Of a DNA stretch of 64,000 nt, positions 26,265 to 38,441 are shown in pieces. The translations under genes and the position numbers were made by a program. The stretch comes from Blastocystis sp. subtype 4 (Eukaryota), in the NCBI RefSeq assembly GCF_000743755.1, contig NW_014569543.1, positions 1-64,000 on the forward strand, read 5' to 3'. The notes beneath the pieces are model-generated. The model had not been told where the DNA came from and did not search any database. It was given only the letters and a program-made list of their open reading frames with translations. Position 1 is the stretch's first letter. Each line of letters begins with the position of its first letter.

Positions 26265-26479
26265 ATGTCTAGGAAACCGATTTTGATAAATCAGACGTTG
26301 AGTTTGAAGCTGTTGTTGATGATAGAGATTATTCTTCACGAGTACCTGTTCGATATAGAATGCTGAACGATATTCGGCAAATTAAGCGCTATTATTGTGG
26401 AGTTAATGTGGACTGTCCGCATGAAACAAGTGGAAGAGAAGGCAAACAGAAGGATTTGAAGATCCACAGATTAGTGTAG
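26265..26479 (+). CDS. Small hypothetical protein (~61 aa)
   Basis: MSRKPILINQT|DYSSRVPVRY...KIHRLV* with one short GT-AG intron; TGTATGTT element at 26509. Confidence 0.45.
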
Positions 26480-26558
26480 TTTCTTGTCTATAATGTGTGT
26501 GACTCGCATGTATGTTGGAACAAACCAGCCTTCCACAGGAAGAAAGCTAAGATCGCTG

Positions 26559-26751
26559 TTACTCCTTCAGATTGTGCTTCTTAGAGAAACGAAGGTTTCT
26601 CAGGAACTTAGGATCCACCTACATCTCATTCCACTCCAAAACCACTCACTCCCTTCATAGAGCGAGCACGCTGACGCAGAGGCTTCTTGATACCATTCTT
26701 GTGGTTCTTGATGCTCTGGTTACGTGCTGTGTGATGCTTTTGCTTCACCAT
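26559..26751 (-). CDS. RPL29: 60S ribosomal protein eL29
   Basis: [24 protein letters not shown]...[19 protein letters not shown]; one coding intron plus a 5'UTR intron; missing from the ORF track. Confidence 0.95.
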
Positions 26752-26838
26752 GCTACATACAATTAGCGACCCTTCCACTCACATTCCGGTCTCATCGTTG
26801 TAACAACAAGGAGAACAGATCAATAAAAAGATACGTAC

Positions 26839-29175
26839 ATGAAATTGGATGTACTTCTGTGGATAAGTGAATGGTATGCAAAAGGAAAGTGACCCAATTG
26901 TTATATGGTCTCTAATAAGCCATTATTCTGTGTATCAATTGGATCTGTACTCAGTAATAATTGTTTTGCAGTGAATTCATACTCTCCGAAGACATTTTCT
27001 TCAAGAATGAGTTGTTCCTATTCACGGTCAGGCATCAGTGGACCATGGTTGGATGATGGTTATATGTTGCCCTCTCTCCGTGAACATGCAAAAAACTATA
27101 TGGAAACACTTCCAGTCAGACGGATGTCTTGTTTTCTGGAGTACTCTCGAAAACCTATGGAGCGAGGCTTGTATGAACAATGATGGAATTGAATCAGTAG
27201 ATGTGTAGTAGAACGACCTTTCCATATTGTTGTTCGGAGAGATCATACTGGACGATTAGTTGCAGCTATGCGAGGATTTGAAATGGAGTGCGTGATGGAG
27301 TGTTGTAGTAGAATTGAAATGGAGAATGTTAGTTTCTTTGTCGAGAAGTTGGAACTATTGGTAACAAGGGAGTGGGACCAAGGATATTGGAATTATTCAT
27401 ACTGTGTATTCATTCCAAGAGATACGTTGATACCGTCCCTCAAACCAAAACGGATTCCTACACTTCTGCCTGTTTCATTAGAATCTTTGGATCCCTCTGT
27501 TTTTTCTCCTCAGTGGAAGTGCTTGTTGCGAGGAGGTGGAGACACCTATACGCTCCATCTTCCTACCGCCTCTGTTGAGCGTCTCATCAATCATCTACAA
27601 TCATTTTCCATTGAGACTCCGATTCAATCTCGCTACTTTTTGCTATTGAGGGTTCATGGCGGAGTCATTACCTTCTCTTCTCTACAGGATGAAACGCTCT
27701 CTCAGAGAATTGTCTTGGGTATTCGTGAATATCAAGCATTGTATCTTGATCAAACCACAAATACACTCATTCCTTGTACTCTTACTCGCTGTCGTTATGA
27801 ATCACTTCCTTGGACTACCCAGAATGTGTTGGAGAGTAACGACCGACTTCAGCTCAGTCAGTGCTATTATATTCAGCATTTGAACCATTCAGTGGTAAAT
27901 GGTCATGAGTATTATGTGATCACCGAACAGTCGATCATTCAACATGGAATTCTCAAGGATATTGAGAATAAGGAAAATGAAAACACAATATCGAGTGTAG
28001 CTAGTCTGCTTAGCAATATTCCTCAATGCGCTTGCACGGAATGTGATGTCCCAGGTGAAGTATTCTTACTTTCTCATTGTGAATACCAGCAGATCCAAAC
28101 TGCTTATTGTCATTGTCTCTTCCACAATCTTGTCTTCACTCCCTCATCTCTCATACATTATCTCCATGATACCAGTGATGTATTTTGGCTTATAGGTCTT
28201 CTAGTGGATTATACTCCTTCCAACCAGAACGGGTTTAGTCGAATACGCCTTCGCGATCTTACTTCGGATATTATCATTCAACTGTCCTGTGAAGAATGGG
28301 TCGAACGATTCCCACTTGGTAGTATTGTGTGTGTGACTAATCTATCTTGCAAGAATGGTGATAGAATTGTGTTTTCCAAATTTTCCTCCATTTTTTGTAT
28401 TCCTCAAACTGAATTTCTTCAGTCAATTCTTCCTAGTCCTCCACGTACTCTTTCCTACCCTCTTTCACCTCTCTATTATTCATGGCAATCCATCGAGGTA
28501 GAGTTGGTACTCTCACTACGAGTCTTTTCCATTTGTACTCGTTGCAGAAAGCCTGTTACCAACAATCATATTCACTCGTACATCTGTCCTCAGGGAAATA
28601 TCAATAAATCTATGGTATTTGTGGAATTGTCATTTTTGGGATCGTGTGGGATTACTAAAGTCAAGGGGTATGATTGATAGGATTTGATGATGTTCAGATT
28701 GCTTCGTGGTGAGTGTGTGTGGCGATTCCTCCATATCTCTCCTGAGGAAGTCGATAGCATTATGAGCCATGTTCGAGATGTGGGTTCCTGGTGTGAATGG
28801 CAATCACTGGATATTAGGCAGACTGTAATAATGCGTTCTTATATAGAAGAAGAAGAAAAGATTGAGAGAGAAATGAAAGAGATGTATATTTGGGAACAAG
28901 GAATCGATAATGAGGTTAACCAAAAACCCACCCAAAAAAGGACTGTCCATATTGGAAGTAATTTTGGTCGAGTGAATATGTATATATTAAAGGATGTCTT
29001 GATATGTAGGTTATGTAAGAAACAGAGTGAAACACTCAAACCAAATTCAAACGTAATGTGGATGGAATTACCTGATTGTATTCTGGAGTATACAGTAATG
29101 GATCCTACCTTTATTGATGTTATTGATGTTCATTTTGAGGATACAATCTCGCAGTTACTGCATTCACTCTTATGA
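26839..29175 (+). CDS. Multi-OB-fold protein, putative CTC1 (CST complex) homolog
   Basis: RRDHTGRLV...ENVSFFVEK...YCVFIPRDTLI; FPLGSIVCVTNL; VLSLRVFSICTRC...C zinc ribbon followed by LLRGECVWRFLHIS. These resemble CTC1 C-terminal OB folds as recalled. Confidence 0.55.
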
Positions 29176-29177
29176 TC

Positions 29178-29192
29178 TGTTTTAAACAAACA
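29178..29192. terminator. Back-to-back GU-rich 3'-end elements (CTC1-like / GTPase)
   Basis: +TGTTTTAA at 29178-29185 and -TGTTTGTT at 29192-29185. Confidence 0.6.
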
Positions 29193-30463
29193 TCAACAGC
29201 GAAATAGAGTACACAAATCATCACCCCTTCCAATTATTATTGTTTCAAATTCATACTTGCCATTCTGTCGAAGAATATCCATCAACTCTTTCATAAGGCC
29301 ATTAACAGCACTTCGACCCTTACCTATACTACTGCTACCAACGAGAACTGTATTGAAAAACCCTTTGGCTAGTTTTGATACTTGATGTTTCTTTAGTTGC
29401 TGGACACAATCAGTCTTATTCAGAATAAAAAGTATGGGGAAATTCTCTGAATGGCATTTACGGAGTTCTGGAAGATAATACTCCGAATGTGGTAAACATG
29501 AAGAAACATAACAAAAGTGGATGGAATTGGATATATTGAAGAGTTGATGAATCCGATGCATCAACTACCAAAACCGCAGCATCCATAGACTTCATGTAAC
29601 CTATTCTTCAGAACTTCCTTTTCCATACCTGAAAGAATTGGATATAATCGAGTTTGACCTGAAAAATCACAGAAAATGAAGCGATGGCAAACAGCATCTC
29701 GAATCTTGTAGTATTCTTCATAATCGACACTACAATAAGTAGAAAGAATCAACAATAAACCCGTTTGTTGCAAGCGTACTACTTGGATCTACTTTCTTGA
29801 TTAAAGCTTGAAGCAACGTTGTTTTACCAACTCCTATTATCAAATCTATTACATAGACTGACCCACGTCACCAAAAATGCCGATTCGATATGTCACAATG
29901 TTCGAATATTTAACTCTGTCCACTTCAATTGGTAGAATGTCATGATCATATTCTTCCTCTTCTTCTTTATTCAATTCCTGCTCCGTATCCTGAACCTTCA
30001 ATAAGTTGGGAACCCAGCTTAATGCTTCATATTGGAATCTTGGAATTGTTTTTAGAATTTGAATTGAACGAGAATGCAGAGCTTGATCTGGAGTCTACAT
30101 AGTAACGAAACAGTTGTAGTACTTGTTCAAAATTATGATCTCCACCTCCTCTACTTCCATAATCAATACTTTGACTACGTCTTCTTCCATAACGCTGTTG
30201 ACGAGCTTCAATTAATTCTTCTTCCGTCATTTCATGAAAAACATCATCTACAAATCTAGAATATTAGCACAGACTGTGAAAACAACGATCTGTCAGTAGA
30301 AGATGATTCATCAGAAGAATCCGTTGATGAAGAAGATGAAAGATCTCCATTTGATGCTGCAAGCTCCTTTTCAAACTCTGCTGGATCAAAGTCTTCCAAA
30401 CCCTTCATTTTCATATAAATACTTTATAAATACATCAGGAATCTGCAAATCTGCTAGATCCAT
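29193..30463 (-). CDS. Ras-superfamily GTPase with acidic N-terminal extension
   Basis: After splicing: G1 GDVGVGKTT, G3 DFSGQ, G4 NKTD. Confidence 0.75.
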
Positions 30464-30558
30464 AGAAAAAAGGAATGGATGAGATAAACAGTGGTTATTA
30501 TAACTCATGGTATAACATACCAGAATCAGGATATTGTGTAGATATGAAAAACCCCATT

Positions 30559-30674
30559 CTGTTATGATCATTCATTCAATCAATATGAATTCTGTATTGA
30601 TATCTGTGATACTTCAATAACACGTCTATCTATTCCATACTAATGAAATCATTGAGAATAGAAAGAATGAACAT
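30559..30674. repeat. 116-bp dispersed repeat, copy 2 (inverted relative to 1-116)
   Basis: 114/116 identical to the reverse complement of 1-116. Confidence 0.85.
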
Positions 30675-30791
30675 TTTCACATAAGCGAAAAGAGATATCC
30701 AATTGCGTCATTTCATTGGTTATGATCAAATCTTGACAATTGTGAACTCTATCAACTCAATCGATTCATATTTCAATTTAATCAATTACAT

Positions 30792-31462
30792 ATGTCTAAC
30801 GTTGTTCTTACCTATTTCCCTATGCCTGCTCGTGCTGAAGGAATCAAACTCGCTTTGGATCTTGCTGGAATTCCTTTCACTTTCAAATCAGAATTGGCCT
30901 GAAGAGAAAGCAGAAGGATTGAAGAGTGGTCTTCTTCCTTTTGGTCAAGTTCCTCTTCTTCAGATTGATGGAATGAACATTGTTCAGAGTATGGCTATTC
31001 TCAACTACATATCGAGAAAGTGATATTGAATGAATAGAATGATGAATAGATATCTATCAAAGGATATGACTGATAAGAATAGTGTTCAAGTGGATATTCT
31101 GTTGAATGGTTGGAATGATCTGTTGAACAACATTTGGAGCCATTTTTGGACCTGCTGATAAAGTGGATGAGTTCTTTGAAGGAGAGGCTCGAAATCAATT
31201 GAAGATGCTTGAGAATGTGTATGTATCTTATGGAGTATGATATATGTATCTTATGGAGTATGATATGAATGGAATTGATGATGATTAGACTCCGTTCATG
31301 GGAGATCATAAAGTGTCTGTTGCTGATGCTCATGCTTATGGAACACTCAAGGTTATGAAATCAAAGAAGAGTGATATTCTGAATGGATTCCCTCATTTGA
31401 TGAAATGGGAAGAGACAATGAATGGTTTGGATGGAGTAAAGATGTACAATGAACGTGTGTAA
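30792..31462 (+). pseudogene. Glutathione S-transferase pseudogene
   Basis: MSNVVLTYFPMPARAEGIK and LPFGQVPLLQIDG...QSMAILNY lie in different frames (shift ~30887); second shift ~31140; 23-nt tandem duplication at 31221-31266. Confidence 0.75.
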
Positions 31463-31503
31463 TTCATCGATTTGTTGAACACACAAGAACAAAGAAACAC
31501 TAA

Positions 31504-34500
31504 TTAGGAAGATATCTTCTTACACAGAATGTTTGAAAGGAAATAATCATTCATTATGAGATTTCCAGAAGACCTACAACTGTTCCTCTCATTCTCTCCT
31601 CCAGTGAGTTATGAATGTACACATCAGGGTTATTCTCTCTATCTGTCTCAGTAGATTCAATGCTTCTGCACTCACAACACCTTTCTTGAACTGACTCTCC
31701 ATCACCCTCCTTCTTCACTATCAAATCTTGTTGCTATCAATCATTCTCAATATCATTTCAAACCGTTGTCAATGGAGCTTGACTCAACATTTCAATTGTA
31801 CGACTAATTGCATCCATCACTGATTGTTCATCGGATGTGATTCTATCTCTCATTCTAATACTCATTCTCTACTCATATTCCACTTCTGGTTGAGCTTCAG
31901 GAGTGGGTTGAGGTGTAGTTGGTTGGAGTGATTGAGGAGGAATGACAGGAGTTGAAGGAATGAAAGGAGCAGGACGTGGTCTATCCATAGGTGTTGGTGA
32001 TAGGACTGGTTGAACAGGAGCAGACTGAACAGAGGTGCTCATAGATGGAATGAACGGTTTGGGAGCAGATGAAGCGAACGTAGGTTGAACAGATGTAGTG
32101 AAAGCAGGTTGAACAGTACGAGGACTATTAAATGCAGGCTGAGTTGATTGTACAGGCTGAGAAATAGTCGGCTGAACAGGAACTGTCTGAGGAACAGACT
32201 TTGGCACATATCCAGGCAACAGATCAGGAGCAGCACTAACAATCACCTGAAGGAGAGGCTGAGCTGAAGGAGCATTACGCAGAGACTGAAGGAACCGAGT
32301 TACTGACTCCATTCCCTGATCCTTCAGTTCGATACACAATGTAGCCAATTTCTCTCCGACAGGAACCACTTCTTGTGAAAACAGTAAGTCTTGTGGCGTT
32401 ACCATGGAACATAGGATAAGCAATGCCTCCATCACTGAGAGATGCGATCTCACACCACAATCACTCGATCGACCAAGACCCAGACGTAGGAGAGAACCCA
32501 CATCAACTGCACACACAGCACAGAGCAAAGCGGCATCTCGATCTCCAAGGTTCTCCATATGACTGCCCAACTGCTGACAGAGAGGAACAAACTCTTGCTC
32601 CTTTGCATAAGTGAGAATGAGAGCCAGAGTTTCCTGCCATGTATCCAACACAGTACTAGCCACAGCCTCCTCTAGATCACCTGATACAATCGTTGCTAAC
32701 TGACCAAGAAGAGGAACACTGAATTGCTTCATATAGCGTTGCTAGGGATAATTATTATACCTCACATGTACAGTGGTTCGCTCTGCCAATTCTGCTCCAC
32801 CCCATGTTGATATCACCAAAGCATCTGCAAACCGTTGGTACTTGAAACACACTTCCACAGCTCCACCAAAATCACCTACAATCACTCGATCCTTCACTGC
32901 TCGTTCCCATTCTTCTGGTGTTTCTTCCTTAGGCATTGTCTCCTCAGGCTTTACAGGTGATTCCTCTTCTGTAGGTGACATGGCTGCAACAGGCGAGATT
33001 CCATTCAATGGTGAGGCGTTGGAGAACAGATCCTCTGCAGTAATTGTTGGTGCTATCACAGGCTCTTCCACAGGCTTCGCTTCCTCCTGAGCAGACACTT
33101 CCTGAGCAGATTCATCCTGAGATGATTCAAGAGGTGTCTGTATGTAACCAAGGTGACAAATAAGAGCATCTCGAGCATCCTCATCGAACATACACTAAAC
33201 ATGAATCATTCTTCTCATACTCCACCTTCATGAACGACCATAACTGTTGCTCTTCCTTATCCTCACAAATGTTCCTCATATGATCACAGTACCCTTGTAA
33301 ATCACCATTTCGCATACTTGTCTCAAAGCTCTCAATNTCTTCCTTCAGATCCGTTCCTCGAATCAAATCTGTGACTGACAGAATCTTACCATGGAAATGA
33401 TTCTCATATCCATTCACAGCAGAATATACACTTGGAGGGCATTCAGCTCTGTGATGACTTGTCACACCCTCCACATTGTGTAACACGATAATTCCATCAC
33501 TGGCTCCAGTCGCCACCACAGCAGGATTGAAGGGATTCCAAGTCACACATGTCTTTCGTGTGGCACTTGCAGCATGAGCCGCTGTCGTGAAGAAATCTGC
33601 AGCGTCTCGAGGCACTTCTGTCTTCTCTTCGCTTCCAGCCAAGTCTCCCAACACTGAATGCGATGGTAAATCCCACAAAAGGACCTTGTTGTCCCGACCT
33701 GTTGATACGACGAAACTACTATCATCCTTGTTCCAGACAAGACCCAACACACCTTTTGTGTGACCAGTGAGCTCAGCAAGAGGACACGATGTACTGCTAC
33801 GGAGATCCCATAACTTCAATACTGGCGTGGCATCACTATCCAGAGCTATGAATCAGCATCCAAGACAATACACACCTGTAAGGAGTTGAAGACCATCTTG
33901 AGGATTCCAGGCCACTTGAGAGATCCGACTAGTATTGTTATCGAATAACTCGCACCACACCGCTTTCTGGCGAATATCCCACACAATTACATGACCAGAA
34001 GCAGTACTTGTACACACAATATGACTAACCTTAGGATTCCAGGAAGCACTATATCTCAAATTATCCCATCATCTTCTACTGTGTGATTTCACTGTTATTC
34101 ATTCCTGGTTTTGTAAGACAGATCACTTCAGGTCCAGTCAGGTTGGATATATCAAGAAGGAACACATTTCCATCAAGGCAACCAACACAAAGCTGGGTGC
34201 CATTGTTATGGCAGTTTGAACAGATCGACTGGATGGACGAAGTAGAAACCGAAACCGAGGATATCTATTCATGAAATCATCAATTCCAAAACATACATGC
34301 TCCAAACTCCATCCGTTCTCTTGTGTGAATGATGGAAGCCAGAAGTCAACACTTCCATCACTCATTCCCAATGCAATAAGACTCTTGATGTTCTCTCTAT
34401 CTGGAAGAGAGATACAACTCCAGTTAAGACAGCAGATTCCAGCAGGAAGCGATTCTTCTGCAACCATCTGACTCTCAGCCACATTATCGAGACGCCAGTC

Positions 34501-34644
34501 GTAGAGAGAAAGGGATTTGGGAGACTCAGACTCAACAGGAGTGAGATCCTTCATCGTAGCAACAGCCATCACACTAGCGTGCTCTTTCTCTGGACACCAG
34601 GCGATCGACGAGAATTTTGATTTCAGGTCCTTGATAACCGACAT
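31504..34644 (-). CDS. SEC31: COPII outer coat protein Sec31 (3' end appears frameshifted)
   Basis: WD40 repeats (SWNPKVSHI, VIVWDIR, LKLWDLR, GHTKGVL), ACE1 motifs (VIVGDFGGAV, WQETLALILTYA), Pro-rich region, C-terminal helical domain. Confidence 0.85.
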
Positions 34645-34804
34645 TATTCTTGAGATATGATGATGTGAACCTATTCCACAATTCGTACCGATTTAGTCAA
34701 TTCAGTGTTTTCATTTCTAGAATTCCATTTTGGATTCGAATGACTCATAGATATCCAATCAAACATAAAACAAACAAATCCCTATGAACCCTATTCCTCA
34801 CTTG

Positions 34805-35672
34805 TCATTCTTTTGTGTATTTCATTATCATTAATTCCTCTCCTCTACATTGTTTTCGCAATACCAACTACAAATCATGTGTCTTTCACTCCTTCACCTT
34901 TCCTTTCAGTCCTGTTCTCTCTAAAATCGATGTAACTTCTTCAGGATTATTGACTTGTTCCAGCAACAAGTAGAATACACCCCCTTGACTTAGAATCGAC
35001 TAGATGAAACTCCAGATCCACTCCTACACTCACATTCGGTAGCAAAACATCAATAACTTCTCTTCCTCGAATGCCTCCAGCATAGGCTGATTCGATAGAT
35101 CTCAGAGTTAGACAATAGTGACTCTTCTACGGTAGAAACGTCTCTTCCGAGGAAGTGGGAACATATGGAGGATTAAATATGATGATATCTACTGCATTCT
35201 ACATTCAAAATCCCATTATCCACTACTTTGAGTCGCTCACCAATGCANTGAAGGAGATTGGATCGAATCACATCAGTGAATGGAATCTACAAATCACCAG
35301 TCATAGATGAGTATCACTGAATTCTGTTGATATGTTTGCTTTGTGATCACACATGCATCCAAGTTGATATCGATTGCAATTGTTGCTACGGGATTTGATT
35401 TGTCTATTGGTAATAGAAATAGACTTCATTCACTGAGGAGTCTAGATAAGAACGATGAAATAATGCCTGTTCCAGGTCCTATTTCTAATAACAGGGATGG
35501 ATGAAGCGTTTGGAGAAACGAATACTCTTCTTCAAGAGCATCCAAGAATAGGAACGAATCTTGGTCTGGTTCATATCTATTCATGATTATCGACAATTAT
35601 ACAATACACTCTAGAATAATCCTCCAGAGAGATGTGATCAAGAGATGGTGTTGTAAATAGAGAAGAATCCAT
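34805..35672 (-). CDS. N6AMT1: HemK2/N6AMT1 (Mtq2) methyltransferase
   Basis: YEPDQDSFLFLDAL, LEIGPGTG, IIFNPPYVPT, AYAGGIRGREVI. Confidence 0.9.
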
Positions 35673-35748
35673 TTCTTTGAAGTCCTTGTTCAATGAAAGA
35701 AACAAGTGTTGCAACAAAGAGAAAGAGAATAAAGAACCAGAAAAGCAA

Positions 35749-36950
35749 TTAATACCAAGGATAGGGATCGGTGGCAGGAGCAGGTGCCATCACTTCTTCC
35801 ATTTCCGAAGCATCTCCCGTAGGAATATACCTACAATATCAACTCATTCTTTCACCAGTACGTAGGGAATGGTAGTTCCACAGGTCCAATATCACGGCCA
35901 TCCGTAATACGCACGTACTCTCCATCATTTCCAGGGATACATCCCTTCACATAGATCAGATTCCTCTTCGGATCAATCTTCTGAACCTATCTCTCATTAT
36001 TATCAACCACAAATCACTAAGAGATTCTGAACAGTACAACGTTTGTTTCCCATATGACCTGGCATCTTCTTTCCTTTGAATGTCCTTCCAGGATTCTATG
36101 AATCATTCTACTCTCTCACAACCAACATTACGTTGACCTGTTGAACCAAGAGAACGATGAGACACACTCACACCATGAGAGGCACCTAGACCATGGAAAC
36201 CCCAGCGTCGCATCACTCCTTGGAATCCTTTACCCTGTGTCACACCCTGAATATTAACACGCTGACCAGGAACGAAATGTTGACAGGTGAGTTCAGTACC
36301 TACATACGATGAGTATATGATTGTCGAGATTCACACCACTCCAATGAAGCGGTATTCATGTTATGAACTCTCTGGAGAAGTGTTCTATAACTCTCCGAAA
36401 TCAACACTATTGGCAGAGATATACTTCTGTACTACCATTCTTTGATAGTAGAAACCTGAGTCTCGCCATTTTCAATTCACAAGACTTACCAACGGGAAGA
36501 AAAGCATCTTCGGTCACCTTGAACTCCGTTAAATACCGTTTTGGCTCTACATGGGCCTTTTTGTAATGTCCGAATAGCGGTTTGTTCACATTCTTAAGCT
36601 TTACAGGTCCAGCACCCACTTGAAGACTATTTGTCTGTTCTTTTTCCATTGTTTTAACTTGGACAACTTGACAATTCTCTATCTATTCCTTATTCGATAA
36701 AACAACCACATTCCTGAAGCACAGTACAAGGAATTCGTGTACACCATTTATCCCAAATTGGCATCATTCCAATCTTTAGGGCAACAACACCAGTTCGTTT
36801 GGAGTTTGGAGTCATTGTCCCCTTCTTCAACTCTGTTGGAATTACTCTAATTATTAAGATACAGAGTCATGAGCACGATTGAGTACTAAAATAGAACTTG
36901 GCTCCTTGAAGCGGAAGACTTCGAGAAAAACGACAACAACGAGCCAACAT
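35749..36950 (-). CDS. MRPL3: Mitochondrial ribosomal protein uL3m
   Basis: [51 protein letters not shown]; presequence-like start. Confidence 0.92.
36319..36468 (-). ncRNA. Candidate intronic structured RNA (H/ACA-like)
   Basis: Lies inside a 190-nt intron (36300-36489); several stems and a terminal ACA-NNN; H box not canonical. Confidence 0.45.
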
Positions 36951-37019
36951 GTTCTACCACAATCCGACCTAGAATATAAGAATATCAAAAGGATTCATGT
37001 ACCTCTTGTTGCCGAGAAA

Positions 37020-38271
37020 ATGAATAAGAAAGGAAATCACGGTTCTATGGAATTGTTGGCGGAATACTGTTTGATCATATACTCTTTATATATGCAAGTT
37101 CAGTAGATTATTCTTTTTTTATTTATGAAACAGCAGTGTGTATCCTTAGATATTCACGATATTTGGAGTTCCCCGGTTGTAGTGTATATGAACAAGCTTC
37201 TTAGTGAAAATTGGAGTAGTATTGGACTAACAACCGAGATTGAAAGTCGACTGGGGAAAGTGGGAGAGAATGGATTTGTCTCAGGTGTCAACATGAAATA
37301 CTTCTATGGAATGCGAGACTATCTTTTGACAAAGAACTATTGGACAGATGAAAATGGAAAACACATAAGACCTGTGGAAGATAATGAATATGCAGTTGTT
37401 TTTGAAGACCATGTACGAGTTGTATTAGTTCAGAATAATGATAAATATTCTATACTAGAGGCGATTCGAAAGAAGTCACGAGATAAGAAGACATTCCATT
37501 TTGGTGATTCTATTTTTGCTCTTCGTATTGCAGTAGCCGATGAAATGCCTCTAACAGAGCAGGAAAGGTCCCAATATTCTGAAGCTGCAATAAACTATCT
37601 AACAGGGAAACCAGTCAAGGGTGAATCCCGAATCACCTTGGTCCGTCATCGTCAACGCACGTCATTCAACTATAATAATGAATATCGTCTGGACCTTACT
37701 GTCATTCAAGCAGGGCACTCCGAAAAGGATCTGAAAACAGTGCAACCCGTCTATGAAATTGAATGTGAATTGGGAATTCCTAAGCACAGTCATTGTGAGC
37801 AATTGTTTATCTATCTCAATGCTATTCTTCATCGAATGATGTCTCAGCCTGATACCATAGCTATCCCTCCAGTAACTAGTAAATTCCATCCAAATGTATT
37901 CAGACGGGCTGCAATAATGAATTGCGTTCCTGTCTTGATTTCCGGAGATATTCTGTTGAAGTCTTCTGAAGGATACAATGATGAACTTATACAGTGGTGC
38001 ATAAAATATAACAGTGAAGGTAAAGCAATTCTCCCTTTTCATTTGGCAAAACAGATTCAATGGTTATGTTCTCATCCTCCTCAATTATTCACTCTTCAAG
38101 ATGATTTATGGATTATTGAGGTATCGAAGGAGTATTTGGATTATGTCATTTGTAATGGAGGTACCATCCGAACTGATGATGGAAGAGTTTTTCATTGTTG
38201 TATAGGTCAGTATGAAGGATTTCATCTCAAAACATCTTTTTCAAGTCAAAAGAGGGTTATTCCTATGAAAT
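37020..38271 (+). CDS. Cet1-type (CYTH/TTM) mRNA 5'-triphosphatase; stop probably completed by poly(A)
   Basis: EIESRLG, LRIAVADE, RHRQRTSF, RLDLT, YEIECE metal-binding motifs; start is 37020 (spliced) or 37125; ends AAA T|ttcc TGTTTGTT. Confidence 0.8.
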
Positions 38272-38441
38272 TTCCTGTTTGTTCAAAATCTGTTCACTTT
38301 TTGTCATTCCTATATTGGTCGTTTTCTCGCAATCCTTTGGTTTATATTCCATTCTTTGTAGTGATTTCTAATCAAATACTTGTAAGTTATTGATAGAGAG
38401 AAGTTGAAGGTTATTCCTAAATGTGGTGTAGACTTTCGAGA

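Noticed and set aside
37140..37182. GTATCCTT as a second U12 donor in the triphosphatase gene
   Set aside because: No U12 branch box; an ordinary ~31-nt intron or no intron also keeps the frame.
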